Counted from the first letter of the stretch, positions 51,477-64,000 are shown. The stretch: DNA of 64,000 nt from Macrostomum hystrix (GCA_950097015.1 CATNEN010000003.1:11222001-11286000), one strand, 5' to 3'. Notes: generated from the sequence alone by a model not told the origin. Program-made: numbers and translations.

Positions 51477-54400
51477 GACCTACTTGATTCTGGTGCCCAG
51501 AAAGATCCGACCCGAGCGGGAGCTCCGCATCAGTGTGACGGTGTACCGCCTGCTCTATTCTGGCATGGCGTTTAGATTCTCTGTTCGACACATTCGTCTG
51601 CAGCCTGCGTCTGTGGATAGTCAGCTGGCTGAATTTGAGGTGGCTTTTGTTGAGGAGACATTTCTGCGGCCTGGTTCTCGCATCCTGCGTATGCTGGTAT
51701 GAATTATTGCGAAAATATTACGCTTGTAATGTACATCTCAGTATCGCATGTTGCATAATTCATTCATACATTGAGTCATACTCGTCAGAAACGCCGTCTC
51801 AACTTGGACCATAGACTATGCAAAAAGACAGTTTTTTTTAACAAAAATGAGGAACAAAGTACATATTACCCCTTTATCTAGGTCAATAAGTGAGACCGTT
51901 AAGCGATGCAAAAGAGTATTTATTGCCATAGACACAAAAAAAAAGGAAATATAATATGTGACCAAGGAATATCCATGAGACTCTAGTCGAGCGATCAGAA
52001 TAACTGGAAAAGTTGGTTCAATGAGTTCATAACGCTTCACGCTTACCCTTCAAGGACCACTGGGAGTAGAACCTACGATGGGAACCAACGTTTCTTAGAA
52101 AACGTTTAGGAGGCTGGTTTTCACAAACAGAAATGCAGTACGGAAATTAGAAAATTTCTTGGTGATTTTTTTATATGAAAAAGATCCAAAGCTCTTCTTA
52201 TGATATAACTGACTAACATGTAGCCTCAAAGAATTTTACATTATTATTGACATTACTAGGGTCTAAGCATTCGGTAATAAAGATAATCATAGTCTAGGTT
52301 GTAATTCTACAATAAACATTCGTGAATTACCTTAATCACTGATAAAAAAATAGTAAAAACACAAAGCAACATGTAGTTTCCGTGTGGTTTAGCTGTTTCA
52401 GGAGCTCAAACTACATTTTTAGGCACTGGGGATCAGGGCATATTGAGAAAAGGAAACGAGGAATAATGAAAGCGATGTTTTATACAACTAGGATTAAGAT
52501 ATAAATTAGAAAACAGAAATCAAAAGATAAGCATTTTTATCCGCCTGAAATCAAACCCAGTCACTTGAACTTTTCTGATCCCAGATTCCCGAGAACATTC
52601 CCTTAGGCAACTACAGCCTGCACGTGGAGGGCTCCGTGAAGCCTCTCGGCGGGCTGATCTTCCACAATCGCACGGAGCTGGTGCTGGAGCCGCGCCAGTT
52701 CGCAGCCTTCATCCAGTTCTCGAAGCCGGTGTACGCCATGGGAGACACCATCCGATTCCGGGTGATTCCGTACGACTTCAACCTGCTGGTGAGACATCGG
52801 CTGTTTACCAGCATCGAGGTCGTGGACTCCAGCGGCCTGACTGTCAGACGGTGGCTGTCGCCGAGGACCGGGGCACGCGGCTTCATCGAGCTGCAGCTGG
52901 AGCTGCCGGACACCAGCAACCACGGCGAGTGGCGCGTCCGCTGCATCAGGGAGACCTTCACGATCGAGAAAGTCTTCACTGTGACCTTCAACACGATGAG
53001 GAGCATGATCTCGGTGAATGTGACCCTTCCGCAGCGTCTGTCGGAGTTTGCCTTCGGAGTCTATGGCATTCTGGAGGCCAACCATACGACCAACGTTCCG
53101 TCCAAGGGCAACGCAACCATCAGGCTCGAGTTCAGGACCAGAGCAGCTCCTGCCACCCTTCTGGGGGTCATGACCAAGGAGATTCCGTTTGTGAGTAGCT
53201 GTGCTCATGTGCTAGGAGATCCCGTTTGTGAGTAGCTGTGCTCATGTGCTAGGAGATCCTGTTTGTGAGCAGCTGTGCTCATGTGCTATGAGATCCTGTT
53301 TGTGAGCAGCTGTGCTCATGTGCTAGGAGATCCTGTTTGTGAGCAGCTGTGCTCATGTGCTAGGAGGTCCCGTTTGTGAGTAGCTGTGCTCATGTGCTGG
53401 GAGATCCTGTTTGTGAGCAGCTGTGCTCATGTGCTGGGAGGTCCCGTTTGTGAGTAGCTGTGCTCATGTGCTAGGAGGTCCCGTTTGTGAGTAGCTGTGC
53501 TCATGTGCTAGGAGATCGTGTTTGTGAATAGCTGTGCTCATGTGCCAGGAGATCCCGTTCGTGAATAGCTGTGGTCATGTGCTGGGAGGTCCCGTTCGTG
53601 AATAGCTGTGGTCATGTGCTGGGAAGTCCCGTTCGTGAGTAGCTGTGCTCATGTGATAGGAGATCCCGTTCGTGAATAGCTGTGCTCATGTGCTGGGAAG
53701 TCTCGTTTGTGAGTAGCTGTGGTCATGTGCTAGGAGGTCCCGTCTGCGAGTAACAGTTCTCACGTCCAAGGGCAGGTACTTAACTGTTTGTAACTGTTTG
53801 TAACCCGTCTGTAAGCTCAGGTACTTAACTTTTTAAGCCAATCTGCTCATAAGTAGCTATAGTTACATGTAAGTCGAATGCTTTTAGCGACGTATAGTCA
53901 GTTTTCTTGTCTAAAAGCCATTTGACTGCATAAGTTTGGCGCTTTTATTTCAGTTTTTCGGCCGTTCGCACTTCCTGTTCACAATGCCGGAAGTTAACCA
54001 GGTCATCCAGCCCAGGTCTTCAACCGCAGCTCAGTCCGCAGACATTGACGTACGCATCGACGCGTGGGTGTTTGACTGGCAGTACCTGGTCACGGAGAAC
54101 AGCACCGCCTTCTCAGTGATATTCCGAGAAACGCCAAATTTGAAGTTTCTCGGAGGAAAAGTTCGACAGTTCAAGCCCGGACTGCCATTCACAGCTCTGG
54201 TGCGTCACAAGTTGGGCTTCACAGTTTTTATCGGGTTGTTCTAGTGAAGTAACTGGCTTTTTTTATCGCTGCAGATCTGGATTTTTCAACCCGATGGAGC
54301 CAAGCCGGACTATCGGAAGCGTAACTTGGACATCAACGTCTACTGCCAGTCTAGCGAGCGTATTAAAACTGACACGGGAATTCCCATACCAGACGATTCG

Positions 54401-57400
54401 GTGATTCGCTACACACTGCAAACTACTCGAGACTGCGTCAACTACCGGCTAGAAGCTGTGCTCAAATCTTCAGACGTCTCGCTTGCAAAAACTGCCGAAC
54501 AATTCATCTACCGTCATTACTCAGCTACCGGAGCGTACCTCAGGGTGACCACATCAACAGCCAGGCCTACCGTGGACAGCTACATTGTGTTCAATGTTCA
54601 GAGCACTTATTATACCTCTCAAATCTACTACCTGGTCCAGGCTGAGGGCAATATTCTGTTCAGCGACATCGTCCGGATGCCAGCCGGGGTGTTGTCGAAG
54701 ACCTTCTCGTTCGCCCTGTCGCGGGAGATGGCTCCGGTGGCCAGGATCGTGGCCTACTTCATGAAACCTGACGGCGAGCTGGTCACGGACTCGCTGAGCT
54801 TCTTCGTGGAACTGCTGAGCATCAGCTCAGTGACTGTGACAATCAACCAGGGCTCCGACCTGTCAGGAAAGACCATCACCGGCTGGGTGTCTGGCGCGGC
54901 TCCCGGATCCTTCGCCCTGCTGTCCGCGATGCCCTACGACCTGTACCTGAGGTTCGGGTCCCGGGTCATCCTGGAGCACGATGCGGTAATTAAATCTCAT
55001 ATCAACCTTTGTATCCTCTTGTATCACCCGAACTAATGCGGTAGGAATTACTTTACTGCTCAATGGGGTACATTGTTCTTTGCTAAAGAGGGTCATTGGT
55101 TCTGCTTAAGAGGGCTTTGGTTCTCGGTTAAACGGAAGCATTGGTTCTCAGCTAAATGAGGGTTATTTGTTGACTGTTTAAGGGGGGACATTTGTGGGTT
55201 GATCGAGGGCGTTGGTTGCCTGGTGAAAGAATGTTTCGTCTAAGGGTGTTTGTCTGCTTTTTATACCCTTTGGGGGTTATGTTTGGGCCACCCGGAGGGG
55301 CGAAAATAGCAAGTCCACTATACTAAAAGTAAGATGTTTACTTGTCTTTCTCGAATCTTAGCCTTAGTACCAACAAATTCTGCAGCTACTGGAGGAACAG
55401 GTCCAGTTTGAGTCGCACGCGGAGCAACCACTCCGATATCGCTGGTTTGACGACACATCCGATGTGCCTAAAGCTCGCTACTTCGCGGCCAACACTCTTG
55501 GCCCAGATGCTAACATGACTATGAACTTATCGGGCCTGATCATGTTCACGGATGCGAACTACAGCAAGGTGTCATTCTGGAGTAAGATTAACTTTAAACC
55601 GTGCTTTAACATTCATTTTAAGCTCGTATGTAGTATGAAAAAATGAGGTTGAGTTTGTAGGTTATTTATCTCCAAATTATTTTGTTAGATGGATACCAGC
55701 TTTTAGTCAATGGACTGAACTATATTTGGCTATGAATACTCCATTTATGGAGTACATTTATGTGTTGGCAGAATCCAACATGAGAAGGAGTGGGTCATTC
55801 ATGACTAAGATATTTAAAAGCAGCTCTAATCACAAATGCAGATACTTGCAACGGAGATTTGAACGCGGATCGTGCATTTCCCTGCTACTCAAACTCGCCG
55901 GACGAATGCTACGGTCTCAGACATCGTTGCAACGGGATCATCGACTGCGTCACTGGCATTGACGAGGCCGACTGTGAGTCTGATACGGATGTTGCAAGTA
56001 TTCCCGGCTACGTTCAGGATAGACTGCAGTTGATCTACCGGCACTTTGCGTATTTAGGCGACTGGTTGTGGCAGAGTCTCTATGTCAAGTAAGTCTTTGT
56101 CACTGTGAAGCACGCAGGTATTTGGAGGTTCCTGGAAAATCCTTAGTGGCTTCAACAAAACAAGTTTCCTATTATCGATTTTAGACCATTTTCAAATGGA
56201 AAAATGCCAATTAACCAAGCTGAAGTTCCCAAACTAGAAACCTCCTGGGTCATTGGTGCGATAGCTGTTCATCCGACAGAAGGCATTCAGGTGCAGAGAG
56301 CGCCAACCAGTTTCACATCGGCCAGGAGGTTCTACATGGTGCTGGAAGCTCCCCTGACGGCTGTCTGGGGCGAACAAATCGGTGTGCGAGTTGCTCTTTT
56401 CAACAGGGGCGAATACTGGATCGAGGTTTGCAGCCGGCCTTTTTACTGTACGGTAATCTCTCAGTGAAATACGCGTTTTAACAGCACCAGTTCTGCAATT
56501 TAATTTCAGGTGATTGTCGAAATGAAGCGAAACCCTGACTGCGACTTTGTTTCGGTTGGTCTAAACGGTCAGGTAATCAGCTATGCGCCAGCGCTCAAGC
56601 ACAATGTCAGCGTTCACACAATGGTCTACATGAGAGCTGGTAGTGAAAAGACTGTGTACTTTCCTATTCTACCTCGCGATGTAGGAACAACCGTGGTGAC
56701 TTTTTGTGCCTATTCATTCGTTGGCGGCGAATGCTCAACTGTGAGCATTCCCGTGGCGGTAAGGAATTTAATTTTTGTACGCTAGTATCTTCCCAATGCT
56801 TGGGCTGCTTTCGGCACTGCAACTTAAGTTTTAATTGCAGATCAATGGGATTTCCAACTCGTACAGCACACCAATCCTGCTGGATCTGGTTGATAACTCG
56901 GAGCTGATGGCCCAGAATTTCTACCTCATCCCTGAGCAGTCTTTTGTGGAGCCCGAGCAGCGCTGGCGGCGTTTCGTCCCCGGCTCCAAGGGCGCCACAC
57001 TGACTGTCGTTGGTGACATCATCGGGCCAACTCTAGGACCCAGCGAGCCCTTCTGTGACGCCTCCTGCTCGGCTTGGAAGCCAATTGGCTCCGTTGAAAG
57101 CATCCTGTTCAACATCAACAGGAATGTGCAAATGCTGCACTATCTGAGGATGACAAAACAGTTAGAGCCATCAACTTTGAACAACGCACTGAACTATGTC
57201 AACACGCAGTACACAAGGTTGGCATTCTATTTGGATCCGGTGAGCGGTGGAATTTCGAATTTCCCAGAGAGGTTCGCCAGCGAGACGAGCACGTTTCTCA
57301 GTGCCTTCGGTTTGTTCACCTTGGCTGAGACAGCCTTTTCCGAGTGGGATCGTACAGTTTTTGTGAGCACCAAAGTCTTTCAAGGGCTCCTATTGTATCT

Positions 57401-60400
57401 GAATGCAAGTCAGGTGAGAACTGGCGATCTCCATGGCTCTTTCAATGACGAAACAAAATGGGATATCAAGCACATGTACCCCTACATGACCGAGAAGCTT
57501 TTCAGCAATGATACAAAAATCTATTTGGAGAGAACGCCTATGACGGCACTAGCGGTCATTGCTACTAAGCACCCAAACATTCCAAAGTCGTTGAGCAACT
57601 TAGCGGAAGATATTAGCACCGCCGCCATTGACTATCTACGCCGACATCTATCAAAGATGAACCGCTGTGCCCTCTGCTTAGCGATGACAGCCTATGCGCT
57701 CACCTTTGATGATGACACTGTACAGTCGAAATTCACAGCCAGGGAGATGCTCTTGAGCACGGTGAGAACTGACAACTACCTGTATTGGGCCAACAGTATC
57801 GTGCGACCACTAATAAGAGAACCGGACTCTGCTGGTAAAATTGTTATTAAACCTCGAATCGAATGGCCAAACGATGGCACCGCAGTTCAGGCGACGTCGT
57901 TTGCTCTGATGGCTCTCATTCGAACCAAATCACCAAGCGCTGACGAGGAGCTTCGAGCGAATCTGACGAAGATGATTAACTTTATCACGGAGACCAAGAA
58001 CATGCCCAATGGCTGGGTGTCCACACAGGACACGATCTTCGCTGTGAAGGCACTGCGTGAAATGGCAACCCTTGATTTTAACAGACCAGTCTACAAGCTG
58101 AAAGTAGACATTGTGCCTAGCTCCGATGTGGCTAAAGCGACTTCGTTTGTATTGGACAGCGACAACCTCACTCTGCCGCAGATGTTTCACCTGGAAAATG
58201 ATGACACTTGGGGCGAGATCACCGTTCAAGCAACAGGCAGCGGCCGCGCGGTGCTGCATCTCTTCACAAAGAAGAGCGTTGAGCAAAACTTCCAGATCAA
58301 AAATGCGGCTGACCCGATTCATCCGCAGGGTTCGCTGCAAACCTTCGAGCTGACATGCTTGCCCACCTACTCGGGCCGGAACGGAAGTATCTTCACTATG
58401 AAGACGTGCGCCCGGTAGGTAGAGCCAGAAACATAACACGATTGTTGTCTTTGGCAAGTTGCCAAAAGTTCTGTACATGCGGATGTTTGCATGGCTGGTT
58501 TTTGTGGAGAACACTTCTATACCAAAGTGCAACTGCATTCAAATGGCACAATTCCTTCACGCCTCTCTGTGCGCTCAGTCAGTGAAAATTAAAATCAGCA
58601 TAATTGTTGTGCTTCAATTAAAATGTAGACTTGTCACGTTTCAATGTACCTAAATAACACAACAGTGTCCTAGGTCTTATCGCTGATGCGTTTAAGTATG
58701 ATTTCGAAGCCCAGTAGTTAATGATTCACGGAGTGAACAGAAGTCGTATGCAGCCTTTTAAAAGTTAGATTTAACTTCTAAATCTCTCTACATCTCTCTT
58801 ACGTAAGATGAATAGAAAAGTACAATTGGTATTAAGTGATCGTCTGACTTCAATTCCACAGGTGGGCATGGACTGCCGAATCTGAAACTAGCGGAATGGC
58901 AATCCTGTCATACGCTCTGCCCACCGGTTACCGATTAACGAATTATGAGTTGCGCAATTTTGTGCAGAACTCAAATATTCGCGGCCTGCGGCATATCTGG
59001 GAGAGTAGCCACACAATCAACATGTTCTTCACCAATGTAAGTCTGATTAAAAGTTTGAACTGAACTAAACGGCTTTGAATCCGTTTATTCACTGTGGTAA
59101 TGCTTCGGACTCCAAATTGATAGGTTTGCAGTTCGAATCTCGAAACGATTACTGTACTTGACAATTCACGCAGTTGACAAAGGGATTAGTGGCAAAGCGG
59201 TTAACCCATATGCCTCTCTTGAAGGTCCCTGAGCTCGATTCCGCAGCGAGGCTACGTCCATTTGGAGTGCGCAATTTACGCCCTTGAGGGCCAACCTCCA
59301 AGGCACAGTGAAAGTGTAAACTTCCTGACGATGAGAAACTCAAGGCATGTGTACAGCGTGTGCCTGCGTACGGTGTCTGTGTGCATATGTGCTCAGGTGT
59401 CAGCGGAAAAGGCAGAATTGCCAGCTCGTTGGCTACAGGTGTTAGGGACTACTAGACACTAATTTTAGTAGTATTTATAAGAATTTAGTAGTTCCTTCTG
59501 GGTAACAGTAGAACTACCAAGGGGGGGGGGAAATTTCCCCCCCCCTGACAATTTTTTTGCTGCACCCGAACGGAACAATGCAAGCACACGAAGCTCAAGA
59601 ACACGGGCCAACTTTTTGTTGCGCATCTTCTGAAACAAGAAACAAGTCGCCAGCTCTTCAGACCGTCGAGATATTCAATGTTTCTGGCCGAGGGTCCGAT
59701 TTTTCCCATAAGAGCTAGTGTATTTCATACACCCCTATACACGAATTTGCACTGCGCCTCAGTGCGGCCTTTCCAGACCTTCAAACTTTATCAGCATGTC
59801 ACCCGAATGTGCCTGCATCATCTCCGACTTCGGCGGTCACCGAACTTTATCTAGATCTATCTCTCTTATCTATCTAGACGTTCAAGAGCTACAACAGGTG
59901 GAACTAGGCCACTATGGACACCCTGACGCGAATTTCTCCAATTTCACTGTTCAAGCCTAACTATTAGGCGCAGCTCAACCACAGGACACCCTCGACTAGT
60001 CTGTCAACCAATCAGTCACCCCCAAAAGCATTCAGGCGCTGGCAAAACATTTTCAGGGGGGCGGAAATTCCCACCCTTGGTATAAAAACGGGCGGCAAAA
60101 TGGCTTGGTAGTCCTACTGTTAATATGTTTATATGTTTAATTTTTTATGTGCTGGGGTTTAGCTGGGGTTTAGAGCAACTACTGTGTGACTAATCGAGGT
60201 GTATATGTACGTGTTTATATAATTGTGTAACGAAAATTACCTATTACGTTTCAGTTTACATCAACGGAGACAACCTGTATAACGCTCAGCTTTCCCAGAT
60301 GGTATCCGGTAGCTAACACCACCGTGGAGCAGTACTGTCAGGTGTACGACTATTTTGAAAATGGTGCGCGAAAAATTACACCCATCTATCTACCTATATA

Positions 60401-60633
60401 TATCTATCTTATCTTACCGTATCTAATCTATCTTTGCAGACAATGGCAACTTCACATTCTACAGCGTTCATGCTCTGCACAGCACAGACATCTGCAAAGT
60501 GTGCGGCTCGTTTCAGTGTCCCTACTGTCCGGACTACAATGCAGGCACGGCTGCTAGTTTTGAATGCTGGATTTATGGACTTTTACTTGCCACCTATTGG
60601 CTAGACAGGCTAATGTTACTTTATATTACCTAG
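51477..60633 (+). CDS. Mcr: Macroglobulin complement-related protein (Mcr/TEP6-type alpha-2-macroglobulin family, CD109-like), 5'-incomplete. Exons 51477-51696, 52585-53190, 53954-54199, 54275-54985, 55386-55581, 55842-56088, 56185-56425, 56510-56758, 56841-58414, 58862-59036, 60255-60363, 60440-60633
   Basis: TYLILVPRKIRP (MG1); FIQFSKPVYAMGDTIRFRV; FKPGLPF; EMAPVARIVAYF; LDLa module (CYGLRHRCNGIIDCVTGIDEADC); GEQIGVRV; STFLSAF; GWVSTQDTIFAVKAL; SGMAILSYALPTGY; VYDYFE; C-terminal ICKVCGSFQCPYCP plus hydrophobic tail. No GCGEQ motif. Confidence 0.9.
53179..53752. repeat. 37-bp minisatellite GAGATCCCGTTT|GTGAGTAGCTGTGCTCATGTGCTAG, ~15 units, built from the Mcr exon-intron junction
   Basis: The first unit overlaps the last 12 coding nt and the donor at 53191. 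Confidence 0.95.
59180..59470 (+). mobile_element. SINE family A copy in an Mcr intron
   Basis: Head GGGATTAGTGGCAAAGCGGTTAAC...GAGCTCGATTCC and body CCTGACGATGAGAAAC. Confidence 0.82.
59506..60119 (-). mobile_element. TTAA-flanked MITE, copy 2 (inverted relative to copy 1)
   Basis: TIR CAGTAG(A/G)ACTACCAAG; flanks GTAA/TTAA; the same spurious 80-aa ORF as at 50062-50304. Confidence 0.85.
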
Positions 60634-60849
60634 CTATGATAATTTGCACTTATATTATTCAATTCAAAGCATGCTGCTTTAAAAACTCCAAGCCATCGTG
60701 CACCCGATAGTTTCTTAAATTAGGTTACTAAAAATACACGAATTCAAGCTTAGGAGTACTTTATTATCGCCGTTTAGGCTATAAGATCGAAAGCCACAGA
60801 CTCAAGAACTCAAGACTCGACATTTATTGTCACATTACTTCATTATTTG

Positions 60850-61573
60850 CGCTGCACACGAACATAGCAATTCAAACACACTAAACTCAAGACCACGGGC
60901 CATCTTCTGTAACAAAAATCAAGTCCCCAGCCCTTCAGACCGTCGAGATATTCAAGGATTCAAAGTATCCAAGGTCCGACTTCAGTGGTCACGTACCTTT
61001 ATCTAGACGGAGCTGCTGGACCTTCAACAAGTTATTTTTTACTTTAGGCCAATATCGAGGCTTGATCAGCGACAAAAATTCTCTGCTGACGGCGTCGTGG
61101 TGGTGACTGATTGGTTGACAGACTAGGCGAGGGTCCTGTGGTTGAGCTTTGTGCATATTGAGGCTTGATAAGCGAAATGGTAGAAATTTGCATCAGGGTG
61201 TCCATTTGGCTGGTACAACTTGTTGAAGGTCCAGCAGCTTCGTCTAAATAAAGGTGCGTGACCACCGAAGTCGGAGACGATGTAGGCACATTCGGGTGAC
61301 GTGCTGATAAAGGCCTGGCAAAGTCGCACTAATTGGCGCAGTGCAAATTCGTGTATTGTGTATGAAATACCATCGGCCTGAACCGTTGAATATCTCGACG
61401 GTCTGAAGGGCCGACGACTTGATTCTTGCTTCAGAAGATGCGCAACAAACATTTGGCCCGTGTTGGGTTTTGAATGCTTGCGTTGCTCCGCTCGGGTGCA
61501 GTGCAAGTATTAGTTAGGGAGGAACCCCGTTGGTATAAAAAACGGGCGGCAAAATGGCTTGGTAGTCCCACTG
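60850..61573. mobile_element. Diverged and partial relatives of the TTAA MITE (fragment ~60850-61035 and copy ~61045-61573, in opposite orientations)
   Basis: Shared blocks TTCAGACCGTCGAGATATTCAA and GGTGACTGATTGGTTGACAGACTAG; end GGTAGTCCCACTG|TTAA. Confidence 0.75.
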
Positions 61574-62229
61574 TTAACTTTTTTGTTTGAAACTCCAACT
61601 CAATTTTACCAGCCATGCTAAAATATCATTTTTATTTTAACTGCTCCCCTTGATACAGACTGGTTCGTGCTGTTTATCTAAAAAAATATTTTTTTAATTA
61701 TAGCACGTTTGTCATGCACCAAACTATTATGATTAAGGCTCTGAATTTTTTAATTTTTCATATCCGCTTTATTGCCTATTTTAACCTGAAGTTTAAAAGA
61801 TAAAAACACGCTCTTAATCATGTCTCATTCCAAACAGAAAGTTGCCCATTCTAATTTTGAATTAGATAAATCTTATTCTTTTTTGTCTAATTGAGTATAA
61901 ATTTTTATGGGTCCTATTGAAATTGTTTTCGATTTCTGCAATTTTTTTAATTAAACCTCAAAACAAGAAAACCGTTTTCAGCTTTTACGTAACCCGTCTT
62001 TCTTAGAAATTCAACGTACCAGCAAATAATGTTTAACAAACTCAAAACATTTTTTAAAAATTCTGATAGAACTATATTCATAGAAGACTTACAGACTTTC
62101 TCAGAAAAAAGCAAATAACTTATAACGAAAATGTTTAACTATAAGAATCCCTTGATAAGAATAAGCAAAAAATTAATTCTAAAGAGACTACCTTGCGTAG
62201 CGTGGCGCATTTAGAATTTCGTGCAGCAG

Positions 62230-63101
62230 AACCCGCCTGTCAACAAACGGGGCACCCATCCCATTGTCAGTTTCAACATGCCAAGATCCACAGACAAGAT
62301 CGATCCGATCAATTGAGGCTTTCGGACTCTCCAGTCGATCCGCCAACTCTCTTGCAGTCCGACGGGAATTTTCCTGTATCCTTTATCCTGTATCCTGTAA
62401 CCTTCACCCCTTGAATCTGTGATTGTTAATGGAGAGATCGGACGGCCACGGTTGGCTGTGTCATCAGCAACGTCTGTTCGCCCATGACTGAACTCTTCAA
62501 GCCAGCGATAGACAGCACTCTGCGAGATGGGACTCTACGTGGAATTCAGTCAGCTGGATTACGATTTCATTACCTCGCTTCCACAATTTCCACTGTGAGT
62601 ACACGAACTGGCGTTGATCTTTTTGGACGAAACGCTAAACATTGAACGATCGCACAAGGGAAAAGGAAAAACTCTAAACTCGACAGCGGCATCTTGTCGA
62701 GGCGTACACAATGTCGATATCCGCGATGTGCTTGCTGCCTTTGGTGCCACGGATATCTCTTGCGTCAGCTTGTGCTTCTTTTGATTCTGGTGCTCACGCT
62801 TCTCTGCTTGTCTGTTGCCTTTTTCTGCTTCTGTTTTCTAATGCTTCGGCTCATTTTCTTCTGTCGCAAAATTTTCGTCTATGGACAAACTTGGGTTGGG
62901 GCCTTGACTTGGTGTAATTCAACCCCTTACCCCTTGTTCTAATTTTAGCCATGAATTTTAAATGAATTGACATTTTTAATTGATTCAAAAAGCCTTTGAA
63001 CTTTTGAATGTTTATTTATCAGTGACGTCAGTTTCAGTAAATTTAGTTTTACTACTTAGCTGGTGCATCGAGCTTTCCCACTATTTTTGGGACACCCCTC
63101 G
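62230..63101 (-). mobile_element. Mariner transposon relic (5' TIR plus frameshifted N-terminal transposase)
   Basis: TA|CGAGGGGTGTCCCAAAAATAGTGGGAA terminus at 63101. Minus-strand translation with frameshifts gives DQRQFVYSQWK, SQSAVYRWLEEFSHGRTDVADD...GRP, RRTARELADRL and LGMLKLTMGWVPRLLT (WVPHEL-type motif). The catalytic domain is absent. Confidence 0.85.
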
Positions 63102-63655
63102 TAGCTAAAATACAAAAAAGCCACAAGTCCAACTATTTATTTATGAAGCTACGAGTACAAGCCCAAAAGAGAAGGAAACAATATTTTATTACGAGTATAA
63201 TACTCGTAGATTAGTATCAAATAACTCCTGTGTATTTGTGCAAACTTTTGGTTGATGTTTAAACGATCATAATAAACGTCATAACAAAGAGTTTAAAATC
63301 ATAACAAAGTGTGTTCTAAACCGTATAAAAACCGATATTTCGTAGAATCTTATTTTATCATATTTATAAACGTCTTGCGAGAAGGGCCCGAATAAATATA
63401 GAAACTTAGATAGTTATAGGTTTATATATTTCAGAACATTGTCTAAAACTGAAAATCGGAATTGTTATAGATTAAAAATTTAATAGTACGAGCGTACATA
63501 ATATTTCAGCATATCGTTACTTGGTGGTCCTAGCCTCTCGCCAAATCTTGTAACTGAAGCAAGCTTATAACTTTTTTTTAACGCTGATAATATATAAATA
63601 TCCAGTTAAGAGTATTTTTATTATCGCTTAACAGAGTGGCGGTAGAGACTGAAAG

Positions 63656-64000
63656 TCAGACGGAGTCGCATAGAATATGCAGCTGCTGAAAATCGTTCAA
63701 ACCGAACGCTTTCGTACTCAATCCGTAGCACATCATGCTACCCTTGAGACAACCTGAGTCTAAACTCGAGTAACCCAGATTTAAACTCTCAAACAGACTC
63801 GGAGAGAACACAACGGTCTGGTGGTAGGCATGGAACACCGCGCCGACGGAGCCATTGATGAAGAAGTGCTGATGAGCCGTTTCGTTGAAAGCGAAACCAA
63901 CTGAAACATCTCGCTGAAGTCCATCAACGGGCAAGTTTGCAGGTGACAGCGAGAACAGTCCCGCTTCGTTGCTGTTAAGGTTGAATACGGCTCCGTTGTA
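63656..64000 (-). CDS. 3' end of an unidentified protein-coding exon, open to the window edge
   Basis: Stop-free frame from 64000 to 63656 (YNGAVFNLNSNEAGLFSLSPANL...LDSGCLKGSMMCYG...), more GC-rich than the AT-rich flank. Product not recognised. Confidence 0.5.
   Translation of the reverse strand, partial: YNGAVFNLNSNEAGLFSLSPANLPVDGLQRDVSVGFAFNETAHQHFFINGSVGAVFHAYHQTVVFSPSLFESLNLGYSSLDSGCLKGSMMCYGLSTKAFGLNDFQQLHILCDSV

Noticed and set aside
63865-63925. Hammerhead-like CTGATGA...GAAAC motif
   Set aside because: Stems I and III cannot be formed convincingly, and it lies antisense within a coding-like frame.

Overview
Eukaryotic (animal) genomic DNA with spliceosomal introns. Its style (introns packed with unrelated minisatellites, some very short introns) suggests a free-living flatworm such as Macrostomum; this is an inference. 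Five host genes can be reconstructed: the 5' part of eIF5 (-), ZFYVE1/DFCP1 (-, 7 exons), LTN1/listerin (+, 7 exons), ABRA/STARS (+) and a thioester-less macroglobulin-complement-related (Mcr/TEP6-type) gene (+, 12 exons visible, signal-peptide exon not found). The 3' end of an unidentified gene lies at the right edge. Between and within the genes is a dense mobile-element layer: a Merlin element (9-bp TSD) nested in a Tc1/IS630-like element, a Sola-like element, a mariner relic, a PHD-finger relic, hAT and TTAA MITEs, two tRNA-derived SINE families and about ten distinct minisatellites. The most unusual observations are (i) two ~98%-identical Helitron-like inserts at the same A|T nucleotide of two more-diverged SINE copies, (ii) minisatellites that amplify real splice sites, (iii) poor-context uORFs ahead of eIF5 and (iv) a ~118-copy AP-1-motif array. 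The long ORFs in the track that come from repeats are treated as artefacts.
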